Source: Naegleria gruberi (taxonomy: Eukaryota). Taken from it: a DNA stretch of 64,000 nt. Both the position numbers and the translations under genes were made by a program. The notes under the pieces were generated by a model. The model was not told where the DNA came from, ran no database searches, and worked only from the letters and a program-made list of their open reading frames with translations. Below are positions 45,639 through 57,950 of this stretch, piece after piece; the stretch's first letter is position 1; every line of letters starts with the position of its first letter. The stretch lies in NCBI GenBank assembly GCA_000004985.1, contig GG738932.1. One strand, 5' to 3'.

Positions 45639-48600
45639 ATGAAACAACAGCTACACGTTAATGGCCGCTTGCTGATTATTTCAGTTGTGCTGGCATTATT
45701 TCTAGTAATGACAGGTTGTGTTGCAGATATTGTGCAAGTGACACCTCAGAATCCACTGCTTGATATGATTAGTTGGAATGATAAGGATGAAATATGGTTT
45801 GCCCAATCGTGTCCTCTCACTGGATCCAACAGTCGGTAAGTTTCGAATATATTTTCTTTCCTGACTAATGGAAATAGTCTTGGAATTGAAATGAGAAATG
45901 GCATCCTTGCTGCATTCCATGAAATCAACTCTATTGGGGGTGTTTGGGGCTCAAAGAAACTCAAATTGCTCTCACTCGATGATAATTATGATCCAGTGAG
46001 CACTTTACAAAATACAAATTACTTTCTTTACAATATTACTCCACCAAATACTTCACTGAATTATGCAAATGTGTTTTCAAGTGGTAAATATGAAGATAGA
46101 AATGTCAATGATGTGAAAGTTTTTGGATTGTTAGGATATGTCGGCACGCCAACTGTCCAAGCAGTTTATTCTGATGTTGTGGCAAAGAATGTACCACTTG
46201 TAGCTTCTTTTACAGGAGTTGGTTGGTTGAGATATTCTCCATTCTATTCAAATGTCATTAATCTTAGAGCTTCCTATGATGATGAGACAGCTGCCATGAT
46301 TGACTATCTCATTAACGAAAAACTAATTAGAAGAATCTCTGTATTCTACCAAAATGACAGTTTTGGACTTGCTGGATTGAGCGGAGTCCAACGTTCCCTA
46401 GTCAACTATCTCAATATCCCTATTCGTTCCACATCTTACTATACAAGAGGAACACTAAATGTGGAAAATGCATTTCAGGAAATTGGAGCGGGAAAACCAG
46501 CTGCAATTATTTGCATTGGAACTTTTGCTCCCATTGCCAAGTTTATCAAGATGGTAAAAGATTTGGCCTTCAATTCAACTGCCAATCAATACGGTTATGA
46601 GAAACCGAGCGAAATTATTTTCATGACTTTGAGTTTCGTCAGCTCAGGAGCTCTCATTGAAAGATTAAACTCCTTCAGTTTACCTTCGAATAACTATGGC
46701 AATTCGTATTACATTGACAATGTAGTCATCACACAAGTCGTCCCCAGCCCTTTCAATCTCTCAATTCCAATAGTGAGATCCTATCAGAATGCAAGAAGAT
46801 CCTATCTACTAGCCAACGATCCATCCTCTTACAATTCCTTCACTCCCTCCTTTATAGAATTGGAAGGATACATGGCGGGAAGATTGGTTTTTTCGATATT
46901 TCAGAAAATGGTTGGAAATTTAACGAGATCCAACTTTATTGCAACGAATTATTTTGGAGGGAATAGGTTGGGAACTGATATTGGGGATTCGTCATCGACT
47001 GGTGACAGTTCAGGAGGTGTTTCACTTGTGGATGGGATTAGGGTAGGTCCGTATCGTTGGTGTGAAAGTGTCAATGTCATGGATTTGAATTTACCATATG
47101 CGGATAAGATTTCATTGAATGTTTCGGCACTTTCGAATACTACTTGTTCTAATTTTAATTGTAATCAAGGTTTGAAAGTTGTTTACAAAAGTTCAGCTCA
47201 AATTGAAAACTCTAAAATTTCATTTTCTATTTTAGGGAATAGTTTTTCATGGTATGATTACAAGGGAGGTATTTATTGCATTTCAGATCCTTCACTTGTT
47301 AAGAAACCTCTCATTTTCGGTCAATCAATCTATTCGAATAAGGACTATACTGAAGAACTAATGCTGAGAAAAGGAATTTTAATGGCCTTTACCATATATA
47401 ACCAAGGATTGTCAAGTTCTGATTCCAAATTAGAACTTTTAACACAATATCACTCAAATAAGGATGAATTAATTTCGAATACAAAGGAATTCATTGAAAC
47501 TCATGATGCACTTGCTCTGGTTGGCTATTCGACAGATCACTTTTCGTTGGTAGAAAGTAGTGGAAAGATCAATATTGCAACTAATCCACAATTTGCAAAC
47601 ATTTCCTTGATTGGAGGTGCTTCAACTATTAATTCAATGAAATTAAGAAATCCATTCACAAGGAATATCATTCACGCACATTCGTCCATTTTCGAACAAT
47701 TGGCAACGATTGTGGAATATTCAATGAATCAAGAAGCATCTTCAAGGTTTTCAATTATTTACAGTAAGAGAAATGAAGATTCATTTGCAGCTTTTGGATT
47801 ACTCAATCAAATATTGACTGCTTTGGGTTTAGTTTTAGATTCTTCTGCATGTATTGATGGTTCGAATAGTTATTCATATGCCAGTATAGATTCAATTGTT
47901 GATAGTTTGAGATATAATGGTTCTAATCCTCAAGTTGTTATATTTGCATTCCCATCAAATGTCGATGTAGTTTCGTCCTTGATTGGAGCTTTCCAAACTA
48001 CTTATCAGAATTCACCAAAATTTGGTCGAAACTTGGATATTGTTTTGATGAATTCCTTCTTTTCCCTTAATGCAGAATACGAAATGAAAGATTGGCTCGC
48101 TCAAAATTACAAGAGTTTCTTCAAAGTTTCGTTTGTTTCTCATTTAGATTCGGTTTATTCATCCTCACAACTTTCCATCGTCAAATTCATTCAAACCATG
48201 AAGAATTTCTTCCCAAACGATTATTCCAACTCAACTACCCTCTATCACAACAAAGTTTTGGAAGGATTTTATATTGGAAACTTGATTACCTCTATTCTAA
48301 TCAATATTGATTCAGGTTTGACTTCAAAGGAAGTATTGCAAACTATTTATGATGTCAAGAGTTTCATTTCTCAGCAAACGACATATGGTCCCTTCAGTGA
48401 AGATGGTTGCAATGTTGGTATTCGTCAAAATTATGTTTTCACATTCGTTTCGAATAGTTTCTCCAAAGTTTATACGAAAAGTTATGATTCAGGTTGTGGA
48501 TTATTGGCAAGCTCTGTTGAGACAGCCATCAAATCATACATTAACACGCCATTACTATTTGGATATCTAGCTCCCTATAGAAAAATTGGAAATTCTCAAA

Positions 48601-51332
48601 TTGAAAGACAATTAGACTTGTTGAGCCAGGTTTCAGATTTGGACACTTCTGGTCATACTCAATTTTCTAAGGGTCTATCCACCTATTTTAAAAAAATTAC
48701 TCAGAAATTCAATAATGGATATTCCTCTAAAAATATTCAACTTGTTATTGAATATTATAGTACTGATGAGGAGAAATTCAATCTTCCAAATAAGGTAAAT
48801 TCCTTGATTGACAAAAATAGAGTTTTTGCAATTATTGGATCAGAATTTATTTTTACTTCATCTGATATCAGTAGAGAATTTGATTCTATCAGATCCACCC
48901 TCGAAACAAAACAAATTCCTTGGATTAACAGCTATTCAGGTTCCATGGAATTGAGAAAACCGTACACTCCTTATTTTGTCAATGTTGGACCATCTGTCGT
49001 TGATCAAGCCATTTCATTCTTTAATTATTTCAAACAGAATGGAACTGTCAACTTGGCTCTTGTTTATGAAAATGATCCATTTTATACTAATATGGCAATT
49101 AGTGAAATTGTTGAATATTGTAGAATTGAATCCATTCCAATAAGTTTCACTCAGGGAGTTTATAATACATCGATAGCTGATCAAATTATTTCATTGTTTT
49201 CGAATGCAAGAATTGAGAAGGATGTGGCAATTATGGTTTTGGCAAGAGATTCGAATAGTGCTTCGATTATTAAGCATTCAATTCTTGCTGCTCAGAAATT
49301 GAACATTGATAAGAAACTCTATTTTGGTATTTTGATTGAAAATAGTGGAAGGATATTCGAACAATCTCTTGTTTCCACTTCTGACCTTTCATATTGGATT
49401 AGTTCAATTTCAGGTTCTTCCCTTTCAACTTTGTCCCAATCTGTTTTAAATGGAGTGAAAGAAGGTAAGCTAGTAATGGCTAGCTCAATGGATTCTCCAT
49501 TCCATGACTTTTCTGGTTCAGATAGCGCCTCTTTCGTCCAATTATTCAAAACCGAAACTATTTCATACTTTGATTCCAATATTAATCATTTAACATTTGA
49601 AGGTTACTCGCTTGGCCACTTTATCGATATTCTCATCACCTCCATTGAACAAGCAAAGAGTATTTCAGGTCAAACCTCAAACATTACCCCTTCAGATTTA
49701 TTGAACTCCATTTATAGTAATACCGTCTTTGATTTGAACATGAAAAAAGTTGGCCCAGTTGGATATGCCTGCTCCAATACCACAACAGCAAGTACAACTT
49801 GTGATTCTTCCACTTCCTTGGGCTGTTCCTGTAATGAAGGAGCTAAAAAAGTTGTCTTATCAACTCTAACAAGTCAACCAACTGTGAATTCTTCCGCTCT
49901 CTTCAAATATTCCAATACTATCTCAACCAATACCTTTGGAACATGTGGTTTGGTTGCTGTTGTTCCTTCTCTGTCTGTTGTTGCCATTGTCATGATTGTC
50001 CTTTCAGGTATTGCCTTCCTCCTTCTCATAACAATCATTCCAATACTTTCGTATAGATATTATGTAGCAAGAAATGCCATCAAACACGCTCCTAAATCAA
50101 AGAATGGTAAATTAGCTTGTTGCTTTACCGATATCCAAAACTCGACTGTCTTGTGGCAATCCAATGAGAAAGCCATGAGAGAAGCTTTGATCATTCACAA
50201 CCAAATTATGAGAAAGAATCTCGATCTATGTAATGGATTTGAAGTCAAGACACAGGGTGATTCATTCTTTGTGGTTTTCAAGAATCCAACTGATGCCTTA
50301 GATTGGTGTGTCTCTGTCCAACATGATTTGTTGACAGCCAAGTGGCCATCTGATTTATTGGGATTGTGGGATTGTAGACCGGAGTGGGATAATGCAACTA
50401 AGGAAATAATTTGGTCAGGAGTGAGAGTTAGAATGGGACTTCATTATGGAGCTGCGGAATATGTCTTTGATAAGGTTGTGAAAAGACCGGACTATTTCGG
50501 AACTTGTGTAAATACCTCCGCAAGAGTTGAGAGTGTGGCTATTGGTGGACAAATATTGGTTTCTGAGGATTTCTTATTGGAAACATGGAAAACAAACAAG
50601 TGCCGATTGTATTCCTTTATCAAATTCCTTCAGGGAAATAACAACTCGTACGTGAGTGAAATCATGACTGGATTGACCTTACAGGAGGAACAGAATGATA
50701 AGGACATTGTCTCAGTTGGAGGATCCAGTCATAAGAGTTCTGAATTATCGAGAAATTCCATCTCATCCAGGAATTCCTCAGTTAGCTCAGCACAAGCTTA
50801 CGATCTTTCAGATCCAAATCAAGTTACAAAGAGGAAGCGAACAAGACATGCACGTGGTTGGAGATATTTAGCTGAAGACATGGGAGAATTCACATTGAAA
50901 GGTTTGGAAGGAACAACAAGACTTTTCCAAATCAAGTCAACCATCATGGCCAAGAGAAATTATCCAGCATTGAAGAGTGTGACTGTAGCTTCATCATCTA
51001 AACCATTGTTGCTATCTCAACAAAGTGCTGCAGTTTTTGGTTTGAATGGTCAATCATCTAGCAATAGCGTGACTCAGGATAGTAAGGCATTTAGAACACT
51101 CATGACAAGAACGAATACTCAATCTTTTAGAACAGTTCCAGATCAACAGATTTATCAGAGTTATCAGGAAGATGGTATGGAGAAGGGACCACAATCAATT
51201 CCACCACAGTCTACTGTTGCAAATCCAGAAATTCCAATGGATTCAGATTTTGAAGTGTCCAGATTTAAAAAGAATAGAATTGTACCAGTAATTACAACAA
51301 CAAGTGAGAATGAGACAAATGAGGAGGAATAA
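45639..51332 (+). CDS. receptor-type class III nucleotidyl (likely adenylyl) cyclase with periplasmic-binding-protein/ANF-receptor-like ectodomain, 2 exons
   Basis: Exon 1 is 45639..45835 with signal peptide MKQQLHVNGRLLIISVVLALFLVMTGCVA. The intron is 45836..45877 (GTAAGT, CTGACTAAT, AAATAG). Exon 2 is 45878..51332. The ectodomain of about 1,400 aa has at least two PBP-type modules (LGIEMRNGILAAFHEIN...; ELMLRKGILMAFTIYNQ...; VFAIIGSEFIFTSS). One TM segment (VAVVPSLSVVAIVMIVLSGIAFLLLITIIPIL). Cyclase homology domain (CCFTDIQNSTVLW...FEVKTQGDSFFVVF...RVRMGLHYGAAE...GTCVNTSARVESVAIGGQILVSE). Ser-rich C-terminal tail. No kinase-homology domain. Confidence 0.8.
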
Positions 51333-51377
51333 AGGTTATGAAAATTAAAAAAGAAATACCATGATTTAAAAGGAAAC

Positions 51378-51449
51378 GGGGACCAGTGGGAATCGAACCC
51401 ACGGCCTCTCGCACCCAAAGCGAGAATCATACCACTAGACCATGGTCCC
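51378..51449 (-). tRNA. tRNA-Pro (UGG)
   Basis: Minus-strand read is GGGACCA-TG-GTCTAGTGGTATGATTCTCGC-TTTGGGT-GCGAGAGGCCGTGGGTTCGATTCCCACTGGTCCCC. It matches my recollection of eukaryotic tRNA-Pro apart from the anticodon. Confidence 0.8.
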
Positions 51450-51829
51450 TTACATATCATATACAAAATATAATGTTTTTAGATGGTTCATATATGTTAC
51501 GTATGCTGAAGAAAGAGAGGCAGTGCTCTGGGCTGCGAGTTTGCTGGTACAACCAGTAGATGTTATTGTGGATTAATAGTCATGTTACTGGTTAGAAGCC
51601 AATTTCTGTCTTGTAAAAGACTGCTCCAAAACATCAATAAAAGAATAATAATCCGATGTTTACATCTACTATCATTATTTGATCATCACCAACCTTCTAC
51701 TCACACATCAACTTCTCATGAAGGAAGGGAAAAGGAAATTAATCATTCTTGGATTGTCTTATTTTTTTTAAAATAGAAAATAATTTTATTAAAAATTATT
51801 TATTAATCCAACGGTAACTAACAACTAAA

Positions 51830-54800
51830 TTAGAAGGCAGCAGAAACCAATACAATAATCACCATCAAGAGCATATTCATTCCAATAGAACAAGCACCAG
51901 AAACAATAGAACTTCTTGGAATGACAGTATTATTACTTGCTGAAGGTGAAATTGGAGTAGTTGAAGTGCCTGGTTCTGGAACAGTATCTTGTCCTGATCT
52001 TACTTCATTGGTTACATCAAAGAATAGAGAGGCCATCTTCAATGGATCAACATCTGGATTAGCAGAAACACCACAAGATGAAACAGAATCCCAGGTCTTA
52101 ATTTCACTTGAAGTGATATATCTGGATGTCTCTTCAGTGCCTTGATCTCCAACGAAACGAATATTATCGAGGATCATTTCTCTGTATTGTCCATTGTTGT
52201 TTAAGGAGAAGGCAAATCTACTGAATGGTTGAACTCCTTGGAATCCCAAATCAGTGAGAGGATATCTAACTCTGGTAACACGAGTGTCATCAATCTTGTA
52301 GTGTTGAATGTAGGTTGCATTGGTTGTAATACCTCTACCAATGGTAATGAAAGCCTTGGATGTAGTATTGTACCAAGCAAAGGCCAAGTTCAAATCAATG
52401 GATCCAGAGCTATTGGTTCCCTTAATGAAGAATTCAAAGTATTTGAAAATACTGGTATCCACATTGACAACTGAACCTCTGTAAAGTTGGAAACCTCCCT
52501 TCTTGAGTCCAAAGTAATAAGAAGAATTACCACAAATTGGATTGAATGGATAGGTAATGTTGGCAACGTAGTAATCAGGACTAGCTCCAGCATATGGACC
52601 ATTGGTGAATCCAGTTGACTTGAAAGTAGCTCCTTCATCATACAATGTAATAACTTCAGAAGCATTCTTGACAGTACATGGAGAAGTGATTGGAACTGCT
52701 GGTGGCAAATTACATTTACCACTACAGTACAATTGAGCTCTCAAGTGACCTGTTGGATTTTCAATACTGGAAACCTTTACGAAAATTCTTCCCTTCAACA
52801 AGTCAACCCATTCTCCATAAGACAATTGCAAACCAAATCTACTTTGAGAATATGGAGATGGAACATAGTTATAGTGATCATTCTTTCAACAGAACCAGGA
52901 GCACCGACACCAACTTCAACCAAAGTAGCCCTATTATTCATATTGTGATGGAGAACAATATCCAATAATCTGTCATTATAATTGAGGAAGGCAAAAACTG
53001 AACCAACAGCTTGGGAAGAACCAGAAGCCAATGGAGAAACAGCAGCTTGTTGACACATTTCCAAACGACCTACAAATCTATCTTCCTTCATGTAAACTCT
53101 ATAAGTTTCTCTTGGATTTGATGGAAGACTTTGGGTGGCTCCACAATAATCATTTGGACAAGTGGCTGTAACATTGATTGCAGCTGAACTACCATAATTA
53201 CCATAATCAACAAAGCCATACCATTCCTTCTTACCACTCTTGGAGTTGGTATTCTTCAACTTGATATAAAAGTGACCAGTTGTGGCATTGAAATAATAAC
53301 ATTGTGTTGGGAAGTTAATGACATCTTCCAGAGAGTCACATAAATTGAGAGTTTTTGGATCGTTACTACTTGTTACACTGAATGTAGTACCAAGTGGATA
53401 TTGAGCAACAAAAACAGCCCAATCACCAGCACCAGATGATTGCATATTCAAATTCATTGGATTTGGAGGTGGAAGATCCCAGTTAAACTTGATAGAATAG
53501 AAACCACGAGCTGGAATGTTTGCCTGCATGGCAAAGTCGCCTCCACTGGATTGGACACCTGACACTGTACCTTGAATACCTCTCAAGAGATCAGTGAGTA
53601 TTAATCTCGGAACTCTCTTTGAATTATCCTTAAAATCAGGATGTGAAACACCATTTGGATCGATAATTACTGAAGAAGAAATGTTATAATTAGTTACTCT
53701 TAATTGGAAGTATGATTCTCCCATCAATGGACAAACTGAAGCATTATTCCAGTCATATCTTGTGATACAACCTTCAAAGTTTTGAATTGGGTCAGTACCA
53801 CTAATCCAAGCACCAGCTTCTACACCAGTGATTGAACCATCGATATCCATGAGAGCAGCACCCTTGTGATTTTCATAAGTGACAGTATCCAAGAATACTC
53901 TTTGGGGCGAGTTTTCAAACTTTAAATCACAATATCTATTTCTAGTATGGAGTCTGAAGAAGTTATCAAGGACTGACAAACAACCAGCTCTCTTATACTT
54001 GTCAGTGACAAAGTTTCTGAAAGTGACATTTCTCAATAATTCAGCACCACCATTATCATAAGTTTCATAACCCTTAATAACAGTAGTGGTTGAGTAGTAA
54101 GCATTTGGTCTTGTTCTATTACCAATATCAACAGATGGTCTCAAAGTATAATCACCAACATTCTCAGATTCAGCAATCATGATAGAATCAGTAATGTATG
54201 AAGTACCAGGTGGAGAGTTCATTTGTCTCATATTATCAGTCAAGTACAAGTTTTTGAAAACAATATTACCACAACGAGCCCAAATACCATAACCTCTCAT
54301 TTTGTAAGCAGTAAAGTTATCAATTAGTGCTTCAATAGCTGGATAATAACCTGCCAATTCAGTTGTACCATCAGATTTTTCCATATCGTCAATGAATAGA
54401 CCATTTTGACCACTGTGAGCTACATTTCCTGAAAATGGCTTTGGAGGAGCAGTTCTAGGATTGATAGAACCTGGAGCATACAGGGAGGCACTTGCACCTG
54501 TTGGGAATGTTGGCATTCTAAAGTAAAATTTAAACATTAACTATGAACAAATTGTAATAACTTACGTAAACCAAAAAGAATGCTTTCCACCCATTGCATG
54601 GTTATCAACGAATGTATTGTTTGGATTAGTAATCCAAAAAACAGCAACATCACTGTCAGATGGAATTAAACGATATGCCAAATCATAAACTGGCTTTGGA
54701 CGAATTCCCAAATTATGTTTGAAAACATTTCCGACTTCAGAACCATCTTCCAAAAAGTAACAGTGACCATTGGCATTGAAGCAGACATTATCTTGAAGCA

Positions 54801-55857
54801 AGAAATAATTGGTATCGTGAACAACGTAACATCTTTGGAAAGAGTCATGAACTGAACATCCCTTGATATAATATTGAGTACCCAAAGCAGTACCTTGAGC
54901 AGTATTTTCCAAAAGGTGAAGATGGAATGAGTATCTTCCCATCAAACCATATTGACCAAACTTTCTAATTTCAATACCTTCAACTTGGAATTGAGTAACC
55001 AAACGAACCATGAAATGACCACCGAATTGAGAAGCATCAGATGAATTGTCACCTTGGAAGACAATTCTTCTAGACAATAAACCAACTTCTGGCTTGATCT
55101 TGTTACCATCGCTGTAGTGAGTGTAATTGAGTGGAGCATCCAAGACAATAGTCTTTCCGCCATCTAAAACTTGAGTAATAATACGCTCTTCATTTTGATC
55201 TGGGAATTTAACACCTCTAGCCCAACCAATTAATGAAGAAGTTACTTTGGTATAGTCAAGTAATTCACCATAATCTGAGGTAGCAATAACAATAGAATCA
55301 CCAACTCTCCAAGAAACACTTTCGCTCAACTTGATTTGATTAGAACCCTTGACAGCAGTAACAGCCAGATCAGTAAATGTTGGATAATCAACTTGACCAA
55401 AGATTTGTACCTTTGATCCAGAGAGGAAACCAATACCCTTTGAGCCCATGTTAACGTTATCAAATGGATCTGTTCCAATATCATTCTCAGTAGTACGAGC
55501 GCCATAGAATGTCAACACAATTTTGCTAGTAATTGGACATGTGGCACTTCCCATGATCCAGCTAGCGCCTGATTCCACTCTAATAAAATCAACATTCAAA
55601 GTCAAGTTGGTATTATCGAAAATTAGAGAACCACCATTCAAAACGGTTATGGAACGAAGCTTGTTTGGTGGAGATTTGTCAACCTTGACAGCTGTGCTAA
55701 TAGTAATTTGACTATCAGCAACAGAGAATCCAGTAACACTGGAAAACAATGTTAAACCTTGTGCATCTTGTGGACAATTGGTTTGACAATTTACCAAACC
55801 AACTACCAACAGGATAAAGAATACTAAACCTGTCAGTACTCGCTGCTTGTTGGACAT
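51830..55857 (-). CDS. large secreted/membrane-anchored G8-domain beta-helix protein (CEMIP/TMEM2/fibrocystin-like), at least 3 exons
   Basis: Exon A is 55857..54557, with signal peptide MSNKQRVLTGLVFFILLVVGLVNCQ and a G8-like region (VLNGGSLIF...ASWIMGS...LTFYG). Intron 1 is 54509..54556 (GTAAGT...TTTAG). Exon B runs from 54508 to about 52891. The intron or frameshift at about 52785..52890 is unresolved. Exon C runs from about 52841/52785 to 51830 and ends in a hydrophobic tail (GMNMLLMVIIVLVSAAF). Motifs YSFHLHLL, GHFMV and repeated beta-helix-like segments. Confidence 0.55.
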
Positions 55858-57254
55858 TTTTTTGTTGATGATGTGAGAGAATAACGTTGTTGAGCGACTT
55901 TTTGCCGTGTTGAGTCTGCACTACAATGTTGATTGGCGAAGTGAAACAATTGGTCCTTTGACATTAGCGAATGACATTTGGCATGGAAGTTGAAAATTTA
56001 AGCAAAAATATGCCAGCTTGTATGTTGTTGGAACCGAAATTGATGAGCGATATTGATGGATTGTAACTCGAAAAGCCCTTAAAGTAGTTCGTATTGTAAT
56101 CTTAGTGGAATGACTTGCCTAAATCTAATGTGAGTGAGGTGGTATGTCACAATGAAAGAGAACACGAATCATTGTATTATTGTTACTAGTATACAGATGC
56201 AACGTTGTGTTCTCATCTTGTTCAAATGTTTTCAACAATTTGAAGGATGCATTCTTACCAGCAACAGATCCAATAATAAGAATATGGATAACAACTCAAT
56301 CTTATTAAGGTTGTTAGTATCGGGGATACATCATCGTTTGCACTACGAAGTGCAATAAATCAAGACAACGGAATCGTCCTCTAATTTCAACCATTAATTT
56401 TATGGCCTTATAGGTAAGGAGCAGAAGAATATTATAGAGGGTTGATTTGATCATTAATTTCCCTACACAAACATTCAAAAGAATAAATTATTTTTCATCG
56501 GGATGATAAATTGCTCCTGCATCTATCAACATTTTTTAAAAGTCGAAAAAAATATATTTTTGGCGCCATTACCGTTACTTTTAATAAATTTTTTATCAAA
56601 AAATCATCACCATCTTTGATGATTTTCAAAGGCAATTCTTCATCACGGTGAAAAATATTTTCAGGCAATATAGGATAGGATAGGATTATATGGAATGTGT
56701 ACAAGTTGATTTTATTGGATTTGAATATGAATTATAAAAAAGCAATGATTAAATTAATGGAAAATTTTGTTGGATTGGATGATTCAAAAACCACATCATT
56801 TACATCTATTCAACATTAATACAGATTATTTTCATCAACTTAAATTTAATTTTAAACATTACAATTGAAGGTAAGCAATAATTATGCAAACAATAAGAAC
56901 ATATCGATATTCATATTCAAGAAATGTCAAATCTTGTTCAATTTCAACATTAGGAATAAGATTTGTTATCGTACGATATATCATATGGGTACTTTCTTAC
57001 AACTGTTTGCAAAGATTGGCAAGAATTGAATTCAATTGAACATGATTCCTAACCTTATTCATCATCTACTTGATCAATCTTCAGTAAGCCAATCTAGGAT
57101 TATTTATCAAATATAATTATTATTTTAGCCTAAGCCTCTCCAAATCACGTTTCTATTAGAAGCAAAAGATGTGCACTCTGAACAAAACGTGATTTGTGTC
57201 AATTTCGTTTAAAGAAACCAAATCACGGATAATCTACCAACAATTTAAAAGAAA

Positions 57255-57866
57255 ATGACTGTCTATACCTTTGATGCAAACGGCCTTGCTATTCTATTGC
57301 TTGATATTGTTGAATTGTACAAAACCACAGAATCCATTCGTGACGGTTCCAAAACATATCGTTTCTTATCCATTTCGAATAGAACTAGATACATTCTGGC
57401 ATGGCTCAATATCCTTTTCACTCCTATTTTAACAATGATCTATGCAGCAGTTTCTCTACCAGTTTGCTTTTCATTACCTGCTTGTAAATCATCGACTGAA
57501 TCTGTCTCGTGCAGTGTTCGTCTTGGTTGTGCAATTGCTGGTTTTATTTGCCTGATTGCTGGCTCAACTATGTTAATCATACTTTCAGTTTATATTTTAA
57601 AACAGAATTGTGGAAATTCGTATGCTTATACAGATTTAGATTTTGTTGGAAATGTTGCAAAGATCATTACCATTTATGATGCATGTTGTTATGGAATGGT
57701 TATTTTATTTATCTTGACTTTTTTGGGGATGGTTATTGGTGGAGCTGTTGGAAATATTAACCTTTTGATTGCACTTGGTATGGCCTTATTGATTCCAATG
57801 GCATTTATTTTCTTGTATGTTGTGTGCAGAACATTGAGAAGAGCTTTATTACTTGAAAAGGAATAA
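57255..57866 (+). CDS. hypothetical multi-pass membrane protein (203 aa, about 4 TM)
   Basis: ORF with 4 hydrophobic helices. No motif. Confidence 0.4.
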   Translation: MTVYTFDANGLAILLLDIVELYKTTESIRDGSKTYRFLSISNRTRYILAWLNILFTPILTMIYAAVSLPVCFSLPACKSSTESVSCSVRLGCAIAGFICLIAGSTMLIILSVYILKQNCGNSYAYTDLDFVGNVAKIITIYDACCYGMVILFILTFLGMVIGGAVGNINLLIALGMALLIPMAFIFLYVVCRTLRRALLLEKE

Positions 57867-57950
57867 TCTCATTACAATTTGATTTTTGACTGAAATCATA
57901 ATGAGCTAGTCTTTGAAATAACAAGTACTCTTGTAATAAATAATTGTAAA

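Noticed and set aside
52795-54537. N-terminus MFKFYFR of ORF 52795..54537 and C-terminal VERMITITMFHLHILKVDLVCNCLMENGLTC
   Set aside because: Both are intronic or out-of-frame read-through. The real protein enters this ORF at the 3' splice site at 54508 (..MPTFPTGASAS..) and leaves it near 52891.
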